A stretch of 63,910 nucleotides of DNA, filler included, from Lenisia limosa (Eukaryota; Protista; Breviatea), in NCBI GenBank assembly GCA_001655205.1. It is 7 parts of 7 records of this genome, joined end to end, with 100 filler letters (N's around TTAATTAATTAA, not from the genome) between each part and the next. Parts side by side here need not be neighbours in the genome. Positions count along the whole stretch, not along the records: positions 1 to 23,058 come from LPNZ01002665.1; positions 23,159 to 43,501 come from LPNZ01006601.1; 5 more parts are not named here. One strand, 5' to 3'. Position numbers and translations under genes: made by a program. A model generated the notes under the pieces. It worked only from the letters and a program-made list of their open reading frames with translations. It did not search any database and had not been told where the DNA came from. Of the stretch, positions 15,001 through 27,864 are shown one piece after another. Position 1 is the stretch's first letter. Every line of letters starts with the position of its first letter.

Positions 15001-18000
15001 GTGTTGAGAAATATTCAAGTCTGATCTCAATTGTAACAGAATATCCATGATACATTTTACCAAGAGTAAATGTAAAGTGGTGCGCTTGAATAGTCCAAGA
15101 AGAGTTCAAACAGTCATATCAGCTTCTGACTTACATAGAGTGTTGAATTGAATTCTGATGATGTAATATTGACAGCTACTTCTTCAGCAGTTGTCTTATT
15201 AAGATACACTGTGAGGTCATTCGGAGTAACTTGGTAGCAGGCAAATACAAAGTCCGATACAGTCTCATGAGATGTGGCATTGATGACGCTCAAAACTTCA
15301 GACCTGAGGTATATGAGTAAGATGCCTTAAGTACTTCAACAAGTAAGTTAATTGTTTAAACTTGCATAATATTGTTTTCATTGAAAAAAATTTGCAACAT
15401 ACGTGTAGCAAGCCGAGGAGCTTAGTTCAACCTCATCGTAACTCCCCTTTCCAGCAACATAAGGCACCTCAGTGGTGTCAATCACAGTTTCGGTCTGGAA
15501 TTTGCGACCAGAGTGGGCTGGGAATGCAAATAGAGTTTCCTAATGATAGTCAATGACTTTGAATTGCTTCTGGAACTAAAACACGGGAAAACGAACAAAT
15601 GATTATCGAGAAAGGTAAGGGATTTGGATATCTGTACCCCTCCAACATCCAAATTACAAGATGAAACATCAGAGCAGTCAGCGTCATTGGCACATTCCAG
15701 TTCAAGAGGTGTGCACGTTCCAATGACTTCTGCGTAGCCCTATATGGGGATTAAGCGGTGTAATATTGTGAAAATCAACAAAACATAGCAATCAAACTAG
15801 GCTCACAATCTGACACTACATTCTAAAAGAAACACTTTATCAATGAATTTTTGACCCCACTACCGAATGACAAAGACACTGGTATGTACCCTGGGTATTG
15901 GAACATATTTGTTCACAACCTCCATTGTCGACAATGCATTCATTAATGTCAACTGCAATGGTGGTAATTGTGGAGGGTGTAATGATAAGAGTCCCTTTGA
16001 TGGCGATGATCGAAGCCGAAAAATGCCGAGTCAAATACTGAGTTCCAGGGAATACATGAAAAATCCAAAGTTCCAACCCCTCATACTACACGTGCTTCCA
16101 ATGCTGGTGTAGCCTTCTTTGCAAAGGCATTCATAGCTTCCTTGCGTGTTGTTGCAATAATGTTGGCAAAGGCCCTCATTAATCACGAGGCCAGCTGAAA
16201 GAAAGTAAGTATTTTTTATAGTATGTTTAGATATAATTTTTAAAAAATTGAAGACATTTCAGAACTCTCAAATCGTACACCTTTCCGTTATTTTAGATAC
16301 TCACTCCCACCACAAAAATATCTACATTAACTTTGCATTTGCCCCCAACATTCACTGTCCAACTCGCCGCCGGCGCTGCATTCGTCGAAATCGATGCAAA
16401 ACGGCGAGTCTGCTGAAGGCTGCACAAAGCCGGAGTGACCTGCCATATCAAAAAAAGAAGATAATTCTTGTCTCTGCAGATATCAGTCAATATAAAGAGC
16501 CATAAGCAGAAAGAAATTTTTTGTTCTTGTTTGTTCAACTAAATTATGCATTTAACTGTGGATAACTTACATGAACAATAATGGCCAGGAACAGAGTTGT
16601 GGCAAACATGTTGGCAATTATCAATGTCATCTGCACACTAAAGGGTTAGAATATTGCTGTGTTTGTTTGATAAATGAAAATTGTCAAGGATTAACAATAT
16701 GACCAGGTTACCTCGTCAATATCTTGACACTCGTCCCCGATTTTAGAGTAACCATCTTTGCAATTACACTCGTAAAAAGGCGAAAGGTTGACACTGGACA
16801 AGTTAGAATGATTGTGAAGGTGAAACACACTAAATCTATCTTAGTATGTTATGGATTCATTTGCATTGGTTGTGAAAGAAAATTGTACAAAAATACTTTT
16901 TTTCTCTGGATTTATGCTGATAGATATTCCTGTATAGCATAATTATCAACAGTAAAATATGAAGGTATGTATGAATATTTTTAATAAAGACCCGGAGTGG
17001 TAATCCAACATACCAATCTTCAATAGCAGAACAGGGAGAACTTGCACATTCATTGATATCTGATGATAAGTAATGTCCATACCCACAATTCAAGTTAATC
17101 AAAGATAAATAAATAATGCAGATGGTAACCGGTATCTTCCAATTGACAAAAGCACCATCAACAAATTAAATGGTGTATATCATATGATGTATCAAACTTT
17201 ATACCTGATAGCTTTTGTTGCAATTTCAATGAAGTTTATCACCCATCCCTATTTGGACAAGTCTTCCCCCTACCAATACAGGAACTATCCTCGTATCCGG
17301 CATGACAGGTGCATGTGAAGGAGCCGAGGGGCTTGTTGGAACCTGTGGGTATTACAAAGCTATGAGGTACTGTTTTCTTAGAAAATAAATACTCATCAAT
17401 AAGTCGCACAAAAGATAACTAATGTTTGATATTAAAGGGTATGGTATCATACCAAAAATTTCCAGCTGATCATAGTGTTTTAATATAATAAATGAAAATA
17501 AGAGTTTCCCACCCTAATCAAATGCAACAACCCAAAACCCCCAACATGATGAATGCGTAGGGCATCCGTGCGTTCCCTCTGCACACTCATCAATTTCGAC
17601 ACATGATTTACCTGGGTCTCCCGGGGTGTTATCTCGATAACCTGAAGGGCAGCTAGCACATCTGAAAGGGGTGGTGGTGACTGGAATTTATGACAGGTAA
17701 ACTTTATTACACACAACGCAACACCTCATATTAATGCAAACTACAACATATCAATTGAACAATTGGATGCAAAACGTCAAGAAAATCACTACCAAAGCAG
17801 ATTAATACTCCCAGTTATGTTATAAATCTCGTTACGGTTATCTTTGTGCTTTCCCAGCTTACACATAGGTACTTTCGTCGGGGGTGGTGCATTTGGCTGG
17901 TTCATAACACCCTGCTGACGCACACGGATCTATTTAGTTGTAAATAAATAGAGTTTTTGGTGATAAATTCAGTTCATAAACGGGGAGTGCACTTTGTTAA

Positions 18001-21000
18001 CATAGTCAATCAGCAGAAAAGAGGGTCACACCATGGTGCGAATCTAAAGAGTAATAATTGAAATTGAAACTGATTACATACAACCCCCAAACAAATACAA
18101 ATACAACTCTTTGCAATTCCTAATCATCGGCAAATGTGAAAGTATGACTTAGATAATAAAGATATATTACTTGGTTTTGGTTTCTTGGAAAGGAAAACAC
18201 CCACCATCGCGACCGAAGATCTCAAAGGAAATGACATAGAGGTATGATGTGGCAACAGTGTTGGTGGTGAGACGAATGACTCGAGCTCTCTGCCCAATCT
18301 GAAGTAGCTTATGAGAACAGTGATAATGAGTGAAACAATTTTAAGCTGGGGATAGAAAAACAATTTTTAATTAGCAGTCACACTATATCAAAAATAACAA
18401 AAGTAATGTCATATGTAATTATGTATTAGAGATGTTGGTAATAGTACACGAACGCATACCGGGATAGTGATCACGAGGCGGTCATTAAACGACTCCTTAT
18501 CAGAAGCTTGGATGTCATAATGCCAATTGGAGCTTGAAATTGCACTGCTGCGTGAGGACTGGGTGAAGATTTCCGTACTTGTTACAAGTGTCAACTAAAC
18601 TGAGTTAGTATTGTCAATTGACCAATTATATGGGTATAGTATATATTCATAATCATAATAAAGTATCTCAAATATCAAAATTGAGATAAATAACCCAGTT
18701 AGTGTCCTCAAACTATGCTGTTGTCTTCCAATGTATGACAAACAACAAGCTTACTTCGGGCGTTGTGTCAGTATTGATGATCAGAGTAATTCCATCAATA
18801 AATTTAGACTCAGGAAACTTGAAGTCCATATTTGCCTGCTGGGTCAGAGATAGACAATTTAAGTCCCCTCTTTCCAAGACATACATCAGATGTTGACGAT
18901 GAAGCATATGCCAGATACTGTGCGGCGGTCGATTCTATTACGTATTGCATCTGAAGGTTAGAATCAGAAATGAAAATTTGAAGCTTCATCAATAAGTGAA
19001 ACCTGAGGTATTCAAGCTCAAATTTCGAAAGAAGGAATTGTCAGGCTTGGTTATTGACAGCTAATTGACAAAATGGAAAATTATAACTTCAAAAAAACCA
19101 ATCCAGAAAGAAATTCATGAGAGATCAAAGTTACTTTTTGAAATAATACAAAATGATAAAAATGGAAAATGTATATGTAATACTCATGTGTGGGAATTCC
19201 CAAAGAATAGATTATCCTACAAACAGTATCAAATTTGTTGTATGTATCAGCCCCAAAGGACTCCACGGATGACAGCTCCGAGTTTAAGATATCTAAAATG
19301 TAAACTTCGAATACCAAGTACCGAGAGGTAATCAAGCAAGATAAAATGTGAACATTAGGCCAGCTTACTGGGTTGAACAAAATACGAAATAGTAAGCTTG
19401 TAATGAATGTTCCAGTCCTTGTTATTGCGAACTTCAATGTCTGCGTACTGAATACCCTGTTCCACTACTCCAGCCCTGAAAGCGAAGCAAATCAGATTTG
19501 TGAGCCATATTGTTAGATAGACTAATCATTCGTTTCTCCCTGAAGGTGATATGGCGTAAAAACACATTTATTATTGACTGAATGGAAGAGCTATTGTTAT
19601 TTCATTGACAATCCTAAATTGAATTCAGAACTGATACACTGGCTACCATAGTGGATTATTCCCCCTCACGTAAATGAATAGCCTTCAACCCAGTTTGTTG
19701 CGCCGATAGCCACTTCTTCGTTGACAACAACTTGAAGGAATATTTTTGGGGCTGTAGAGAGGGGGAAACTCCAAGTTATCCTTCTGTTGTAATTCTTAAC
19801 CCTTGTACTTGGAGGGTCGATATTGAAGCTCCCCACTAATCATTGGTCAAATTGCAGAGATAATATCACAACATCTGTTTATTTCTGAAGATAAAATTGG
19901 TTTTTTGGTTTAAATTAAATAGTGCTTTTTTCATTCAATGCAAATTGAATATCCTCATAATTGAGAAAATAAGCGGTACCAATAATAGAACACAACGTAT
20001 TGAATAAGCGGTACCAACACCTCTCACCAAGTTGTCCAACTGACTCTGGGCGGTATGACATAATTGTGTTGATATTGCTTGCTGTCATCGTGTTCCAAGA
20101 GAAGGTGTTGGTGTTTCTCACTTGTCTTGCACCTTCCATCTAAATATGCGAATAAGAATTCAAACAACATGGGAAATGAAAATAAGGAGTTTTGGAGTTT
20201 CTATCACAATATCAGAAGCATTGTATTAAAACAGGTTGGTAAATCAGATTTTCACCTCGGAGTTTTGGTAAATGCACATACATAGGCAAATGCAAGATCT
20301 TATTACTTGTTCTTTTACACTTTTTCTAATATTAACAACCTACATTTAATTGTATTGGAAAATTGTCTGGTAGTCGTTGGTTTTAAGGTTTTATCTAATT
20401 GCCGCTGAGCCACTGTGTATGTTTACACTGGGCATATTTAAAGATATTCTGCTTAAATGTATAAAATGGTATTTTACAGCCGAGAGAGATCAAACTCTTG
20501 CTCCACTCTACCTTTTACTTCTTCTCCTTGTTTCTGCATCACACATGATCAATATGCTTATTAAAACAACAGCTAATAGGGATAGTCGTCAAATATATAC
20601 AATGGGGGGTCTCGCCAGAGACCCCTCAAATATGGTATACATAATATATACATAATGGGGTATGGGGGGTAAAATATACACCTCTTAAAATTTATTCTTT
20701 TTGTTGGTAAATAGATGTTTGATAGGGAAATTAACCTTGATAGAGTAAAACTATTTTTTGATTTTGCTGAAATCCAAGGTTTGATAAAATGATACCCACT
20801 TCTGGTTGATTCATAAGAGGAACCAATTAGTAGGATAATTTTTTTTACTGTCTTTTTGTTTTTTCTAAAAGTTTTAACATAATATATACTGAACCGATTC
20901 ATTGTTCCAAAAAACCAAGAACCTCGTTTAAGGACAGAAACGATAATTATTCAATGTGATTACTAACATATGATAAATTTCAATCATATGGCTCTTAAGT

Positions 21001-22390
21001 ACTAAAATCCAATGCCCAAACAAACATATAATTGGGCATTATTATAAGGATTGACATAGATCAGAGGCATGTAGGCTTTTCCATTTTGCGTGTTTCTATC
21101 CCTTGCCAGACAGGTACCCTAGATTGGTGTGAGCTGAGGAATTTTAAAGGGATACTTAACATTTGGCAGTTTGATACATGTTTGAGCAATTATTACCTTT
21201 TGGGCATTACCGACGAATCCTCCGCCAGAGACACTGTAACCTAAAAATATAAACTATAATTGGTTTTTCTTGATTGAGGAGTGGACCAAATAATTAGTAA
21301 GGTGAAAACATATGCCGTATAAAATCCCAACCAACCATATAGGTCTTGAACAATGGGGGTGCAGAAGTAGTTCAGGTAAAATTTACAGTTTCCCTGAGTT
21401 TGGCATTCGTTGACAGAGGTTCTGGGGCATAAAAAGTTGCATTTCAAAATGTAAATAAAAGACTAATCTCTGAATGAATGAAATAGTTAATTCACATGGA
21501 ATACATAAGAAGTTGTCTCAAATCAATCCATATTTGAAATGACAAACCACAAAACATAATACGCAGTATCTTCACCCAAAACCAACTGGATATACACATG
21601 ACTAGCACCGTTGCCTCCACTTCGCATTTGAAGGTTAGGCTTACTGGCGTGACGAACAATCTAATCTTTGAGCGTAGTCAACTGGGCCCGTTTTAATAGA
21701 AATATCAAGCACAGTTTACCATTCAAATAAATAGTATCTTGTACATGTCACTTTAGAAATTCACTCTATTAAATATTGAGGGATGATTACTGAAGTGGCT
21801 AATTGTTGCATTTAATAATAAAGGAAAGAGAGCGGCTAATTTCTTCATTGTATCATGAGTTGTCATCCAATATCCAATTGTGCTTATCCCTCAGTATTCC
21901 CTTTCAATAATGCTTCAATTCAGCGAAAGCAAGTTATAATATACAATGGCTGAAATATTTTAAACTCGGACTATCAAAATATGGACCAAATATAAGCAAA
22001 GATATGTATACACCATAACAGAAATGTTGTGCGATGTGCGTAACATTGCCGATAACCACCTGATAGAAACAATCCGCCGAGGGATGATTGGCTGCTGCTG
22101 GCACTGAGGTTTTCACTATTCCGATTTGGTCAACAAGAATCTGGCCGACTGCGCGGGAGTAAAAAAGGTGAATCAAGGGTAACTTTTAACAGGATGATTG
22201 GAATTCTTGCAATTTGGAGAGTGATGCGTTGGTGTTGATTAATCATTAAAGGAACAGCAAATGAACGATTACTTCTTGTATGATTAACGAACAAACCATA
22301 TTTTGCGTTAATTGGCAGGAGAAGGAGAGCAAGCAGAACAATATAGTGTCGATACAGATGCGAAGATACTGCTGATCTCTGCGTCATCAT
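1..22390 (-). CDS. Giant multi-exon surface receptor: signal peptide + discoidin/F5-8-like blocks + ~15-17 EGF/cbEGF + thrombospondin type-3 repeats + GCC2/GCC3-type Cys repeats + multi-pass (about 7TM) C-terminus; probably runs off the left window edge
   Basis: Spliced minus-strand exons with GT-AG ends. Signal peptide MMTQRS...IVLLALLLLPINA (22390). cbEGF exons such as VDINECIVDNGGCEQICSNTQGTYQCLC (~15960) and DIDECLTAICDPLTNCTNSIGSYKCTSCPVGY (~12555). TSP3 motifs DADGDGV...QDNCPD, VYNPGQEDFDDDG and GDLCDNCPTRANPDQ (9520-8740). CxxCPxGT repeats 7980-3400. TM exons, e.g. LLIAMIILVILVCALLL (~3130), LSLPLMFFAVLAFIFFIFLLY (~2430), WELVVISRK (~1740). Confidence 0.85.
5611..5670. repeat. 30-bp tandem duplication spanning a minus-strand 5' splice site
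   Basis: catatcaacacctacacatcttaaacggct followed by catatcaacacctacataccttacacggct. Confidence 0.85.
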
Positions 22391-23058
22391 GGATGCAGGC
22401 CGTTTATGATGGTGTTTCCGTATTAAAAGAGCAAATATAACTTCATTATCATTACTGCTTGAATGTTATACCGTTTTGAACTGATAGAACGCGAAATAAC
22501 AAACTCCGTCGGATAAAATAATTCCCCCGCTATGACGTGTAACACTTACATTAGTTGCATTGTGATTATTTTCTTTTACGCTCTTCCAGCCCTCTAGCCC
22601 CATGAAAGTTGCATAAGAGAATAGTATTGATAGAGGGATAAAGGCAATTGTGAGATTGTGAGCGGTTTCCTTTAAGTCTCCTCATTTTTTGTAACCAGGG
22701 ACCGGGGTACAGAGAACTTTTTTAGTGGTTCACCTTGGCTTCATCCAAGTTTCACCCAAGGAGGGTTTCACCCAGGTACGGGTAGAAATATAAACTAGTT
22801 TATTCAAAGTTTATTCCAAGTTCATAGCCTGCAGAAAATAGCCAGAAATCTATAATTTTTCAATTATTTGTCACAATCGCGTATCAATATGTTGCACAGT
22901 GGCTGTGAATACAAACGAAGAATACATAATCAGACATAAAAAGAAGGCTACGCAGCAGGCTCGACGGGCTCAGTCTCCTCACAACTCAGCTGTGGCGTGA
23001 GTACGTATTACAAGCTTTAACTGTAACTATTTTGATACTAACCGGTGTGTGTGTGTTG

Positions 23059-23158
23059 NNNNNNNNNNNNNNNNNNNNNNNNNNNNNNNNNNNNNNNNNN
23101 NNTTAATTAATTAANNNNNNNNNNNNNNNNNNNNNNNNNNNNNNNNNNNNNNNNNNNN
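23059..23158. other. Artificial contig-joining spacer (44N-TTAATTAATTAA-44N)
   Basis: Identical 100-bp structure occurs six times; the 12-mer encodes stops in all six frames. Confidence 0.95.
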
Positions 23159-23653
23159 GGGGGGGGGTAGTGGTGGGTTACACGGTGGTCCGCAAAGCAG
23201 GTAATTATCGAGATTCATATACCATATTGGGATATTCTAAAAAAAAAGGATTAAAATGATAATATGGATGCGGTGCTGCAGAAAAGACTGGCCTGGCTGT
23301 TTGTTTTGTTCTCAACCCTCGTGTGTTGTCAGCCGACAGAGTTGATTTGGGCTTTTTTTTTGTTTCTCCAATTTTGCTCCCCTTCTTGTTTTTTTTTTTT
23401 TTTTTTTNNNNNNNNNNNNNNNNNNNNNNNNNNNNNNNNNNNNNNNNNNNNNNNNNNNNNNNNNNNNNNNNNNNNNNNNNNNNNNNNNNNNNNNNNNNNN
23501 NNNNNNNNNNNNNNNNNNNNNNNNNNNNNNNNNNNNNNNNNNNNNNNNNNNNNNNNNNNNNNNNNNNNNNNNNTCGATATGCGCTTCGACCGCACAGCAG
23601 AGAGACAGATCCCGAAAATCAAGAAGATTGTCATGAAGGATCAGGTTCAATAA
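23159..23653 (+). CDS. 3' fragment of an unknown gene (terminal exon DMRFDRTAERQIPKIKKIVMKDQVQ*)
   Basis: Open frame after the N gap ending in TAA at 23651-23653. It is preceded by a pyrimidine-rich intron end; candidate donor cag|gtaatt at ~23201. Confidence 0.4.
23265..23395 (+). repeat. Intronic hairpin repeat family A, copy 1
   Basis: atgcggtgctgcag...tttgttttgttctcaaccctcgtgtgttgtcagccgacagagttgatttgggc; matches 28806, 54868 and 63182. Confidence 0.85.
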
Positions 23654-23829
23654 ACTATTTAACAACAAAGCACATGGCTCCAGGGCTTGTTACTAATATT
23701 TAATATTCACCTGCAATAAAAGCTCACGTTTTCTAATAAGCACACAACAATATACATTACCTAAGTCATACTTTTAATTTTATACACGAACAGAAAACAA
23801 ACAAGAAGAAAATCGGAAGTGACACAGCA

Positions 23830-26800
23830 TCACTGCATTTGAACCGCCTCGGCAGAAATAGGTTCCATACCCACAACTGGCTCAACCGCACCTTGACTGA
23901 GGGGTGTGCTGGGATATCAGCTGCCATAGGTATTATATTATTTTTTTACACACGATATTGATACAATTATTCTTCAAGAAATTTCATTTCACGCACAAGA
24001 GTAGGACAAATGATGATGATAAAATGATATACAGAAGTAACAACTAACCTTGGGGGAACAATTGCAGCTCCGTTTGGATCCTGTGGGAAAATAGTGGGCA
24101 CTGGAGGTTCCGCATACGACTGAAAAGAGAATCAATATAATATAGGGAACGCTCATTGCATTTTTTTAAGTGCAACAGATCCCCAGAACACGAAACACAA
24201 ACATGATTTCAGACTGACGTAATGTGGATATTCATCAATATGCTTACTCCTTCAACTTGAACAAGAGGAGGCAGCTGCAACATTTGTAATTCATTGTCCA
24301 GAGGAACTACGGGGATTTCTCCTTGCTACTCTTGTCAGGAATATTGTGGGGGCAATGATAGTTAATACCTTCCACCCACCAAAAAGACCCCCCTTTCATA
24401 CCAAGGATTGTAACTGTTGGATGGCTTCTTGTGAGACAAAATCGATGGGTGGCTGTCATAGTGAAAAATGTGTGAGGTTCGGAGAAATTGGTAAAATATC
24501 AATTTTACTGGCTTCCTTAACAATTAGCAGCAATCCAGAAAATTGTCACGGATATCCGAACCAAAAGTTTCGGTGACGTTATCTTTTAGCTACTTTTTAC
24601 TAGAATATCAAGAAGATTTTGCTCAGTGATAATCACAACATTTGCTCTCTTGCTTTCAAAACAACTGCTTTTATAACAGCAAATAAAAATCAAGCTCGAT
24701 TTTGACGCCATTTGTAGTTTATCCGAGCCAGTTTCTGGGTTGGCACCCTGCTTTAAAAATCACCCTCACATATAATAAATGATATTAAAAATTGCAAATG
24801 AAATGTTATTTCACCTATACAACCCAGCCTACCAATTGATAGTTCACACCTGGAACCTGAAGGAATAAGAAATACGGAGAAATAACTCAAATATTCCAAT
24901 AGTACTTTGAATTGCAATTATACAACTGAAATCCCTTTTTTCCTCCCCCCCCCCCCNNNNNNNNNNNNNNNNNNNNNNNNNNNNNNNNNNNNNNNNNNNN
25001 NNNNNNNNNNNNNTCGATTTCATCCACAGCCCGTCTCTTATTCCGGCCTTGGTTGAGGCGAGCAACAGATCTAATCTCATAAGATCCGTATATTTTTGAG
25101 AGCAAAAGAGAAAAAGGTACATTAAGGTTATCTGCTAACAATACCTCGTCAATAAAGGGTTACACTTTTAATCTATTAACGCAAGAAGTTCTCGACAGTC
25201 TCTACCCCCTTACGGATGGGCAAAAGCAGTCTGAAGTTTCTCGAGGGGTGTTTGGCCCGAAGTGGTCAGTTGGAAGTAGTGTGTACTAAACCAGAGTTAA
25301 ACGAATGCAGGTTCAGCCAACAAATTTGTCACAAGTGATAGTTGGAGCTTGTTACAATAAAAATATTAAACCTGATAGATGCAACAGATCAGGAACGCAA
25401 TAAAGTGAGGTGGGGTGCCTACCAGAGTTTGAGGAGAAGATCTTTACTCACACCGGCTGGCACCACTTCAGCGAAGTCAGGAACCCTCACTTCGTCAACC
25501 ATCTTTCCGATCCTTTTGATCTCACAAATACGACTGCTTGCTGTGGGAGAGGGGCAAGTGAATAAACGAAGGACACTTCGATGAAGAAGGGGGAGAGGAA
25601 TGGTGTAGCAAAACCAAAAAAAAAGGAATTACGAAGAAATAGCTTTTTGTAACACTGACCAAGACAAGGTCTGAACCTATTTAATACTGGTTCTTAACTA
25701 ACCTAGCGTACCATAATCGACCGTAATACTCAAGTCGATATTATATGCTATTCACTTCCACCAACCAGCATTATTGATAAAGGACATTTGCCAGGCGGGA
25801 ATAGTCACCAAAGCTCTCATTGTGGAGGTTCCAGCCTGGGAGAGTGAAACGAAGGAAATGTTCAAAAAAGAAGCCAGCATTTAATCAAGAAGAAAGTGTT
25901 CTTAGGCAAGCTAAATATTCGATATCTGAGTACCATTAGATCTGTTGCATTTTTGCCCATCTTAATCCTCCCGAATATTAAACATCAAACACCCTCCCCA
26001 CGTAGGTCCATGAATGCGCCTGAAGCCACCCCGAGGGCTTTGGGAAAGTTGCAGTGGTGCAGATGTAGGGCCACAAGTCACGGGGAAGGGATTTGATTCT
26101 GAAATATATGAAAATAGAACTACACATATACACTCATATATCTACACACAAATAGTATCTGGAAAAACATGTAGTAATAAATTTGTTGCATTGGAAGGCA
26201 ATAACTAAAGCAACGAGTATTCATTTATTATATCAAGACAATATGTACATGTACTTGTAGTATATCATTGATACCACACCCTCCCACCCACCTTTCAATA
26301 ACAAGAGAAAGTTCAGCATCTTCCTCCTCTCCTTGGCTAACCTGATGGTCCTAACACGTGAGTCTTCACATTATATCCAAAACCATGATTTCTCACAGCA
26401 ATTTCATCCATTCTTTGGAACTTGACTCTTTCCCAAAATATTCTATCGTTATTGTTTTCATCTGTTGAAAGAGACACGATTACGACAGCTCTTTCACTAT
26501 TTTGACAGCGATAAATCCCCCNNNNNNNNNNNNNNNNNNNNNNNNNNNNNNNNNNNNNNNNNNNNNNNNNNNNNNNNNNNNNNNNNNNNNNNNNNNNNNN
26601 NNNNNNNNNNNNNNNNNNNNNNNNNNNNGGTTGTGGGCGGCGTAATATGCTCCCATGCTTAGTTGGGGGGCTTCCGTGGTGTTGTCAGCTCTAGCATAGT
26701 GAACAACGGGTTATGTGTCATGACGACAGTGGCAAGATTTTCTATTACACAAGAACCTACGGTAGACTTGGTGTGAAGAGGGCCCCGGGGCTGGCCCCTG

Positions 26801-27260
26801 TTGAAAGAGCATCTGAAACTGTCATTGCAGTTTATTAATATTTTTCATGACATTACAATTTGTAACACAAAAAATAGATTAAAATATTGTCAAAGATAGC
26901 AAAAGGGTTTAATCTGACGTAGGCTGTCATATTTCTATTGAGCATAAGACACACACACAAAGTTGATCTGTACCTCAAAAATGAAGAAACCATAACGGAG
27001 GGCATTGTAGGCGCGAAATAGTTACACTTGTTATCTTGTTTTCCGTTAAAGTTTTTCAAACCTAAAACAGCAGCTGTGGCCTCCGCAGACGGCGTTGACA
27101 ACTGGGAGATAAAAGTGGGAAACATGGAAGAAATCGAACCCAGGGTGAAGGCTGACCCACAAAACAACATCAACATGTGTTTATTCCAATCCACGGTAGA
27201 GAAAAGACTATGGAGACCAACCTCAACATCCACAGGTTCCTGCATGACGGGTTCTGACAT
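23830..27260 (-). CDS. Probable multi-exon gene (or genes) of unknown function; hydrophobic N-terminal segment, Pro-rich C-terminus
   Basis: ORF 26853..27260 (MSEPV...HMLMLFCGSAFTLGSISSMF). GT-AG-bounded open exons such as SRICEIKRIGKMVDEVRVPDFAEVVPA (~25540), GEIPVVPLDNELQMLQLPPLVQVEG (~24320) and SYAEPPVPTIFPQDPNGAAIVPQ (~24120). No family recognised; exon linkage uncertain. Confidence 0.35.
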
Positions 27261-27864
27261 TTTGCAAATCTGGACTGTCCAATTTTTGATAGTTTGTTAT
27301 ATATAGTGGTACTCTATTCGAATCCAACCTTGAAGTTGCAATCAGTTCCCTGGAAACAAAGTGTAAAAAAAAGAACAATCAGATATACTTCTGTTGCCTA
27401 GTTATTTGTGTTAATGTACTGTGTTGTTGTTAGTGCTATGGGGCTATGGCGGCCAAGAGGTTCATACTGTTGAAAATGCGACCCCAAAAAGGACAGTGTA
27501 TAAAGGGTAAGAGTTACAATTTAGATGATTTGATTTGAAAATGTTGGGCCTCTTTCTTATCCTTAGAACAAAGCAAAATATCACACTTTCTTTGTTTTGG
27601 CATTTAGATTTGTTATTTGTAGTAAACTGTTGTCAATAGGTTGTAACCAGACAGAGCTATTAAGCGTTTGAACGTCTGTTCACTCTAAATAACGTCTAAT
27701 TTAATTGTTTCTGGCAGGGTTAGGCAGATTAAGCTGCATTCCTTCCGATATCCTCTGTAAGCTGTTCTGCCATTCCTACTTCTCTTATTTTATCGACAGC
27801 AATAAACTACGTGGTGAAAATCAAAGTCAGTTACTCACAGCCCAGTTCCCCCGCTTCATTTGCT

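Noticed and set aside
20604-20625. GGGGTCTC-GCCA-GAGACCCC hairpin as a Helitron 3' end
   Set aside because: No CTRR terminus follows on either strand and no second copy was seen.
23103-23114. TTAATTAATTAA as a biological repeat, telomere or recombination site
   Set aside because: Always embedded in exactly 44+44 N; it is a synthetic six-frame-stop linker.
24390-24460. UBA domain (QEAIQQLQSLG)
   Set aside because: The next exon does not continue the UBA pattern and an alternative frame is equally open.
26300-27260. MFS transporter call
   Set aside because: Only one or two hydrophobic stretches and a weak RRK motif; a 12-TM pattern could not be built.
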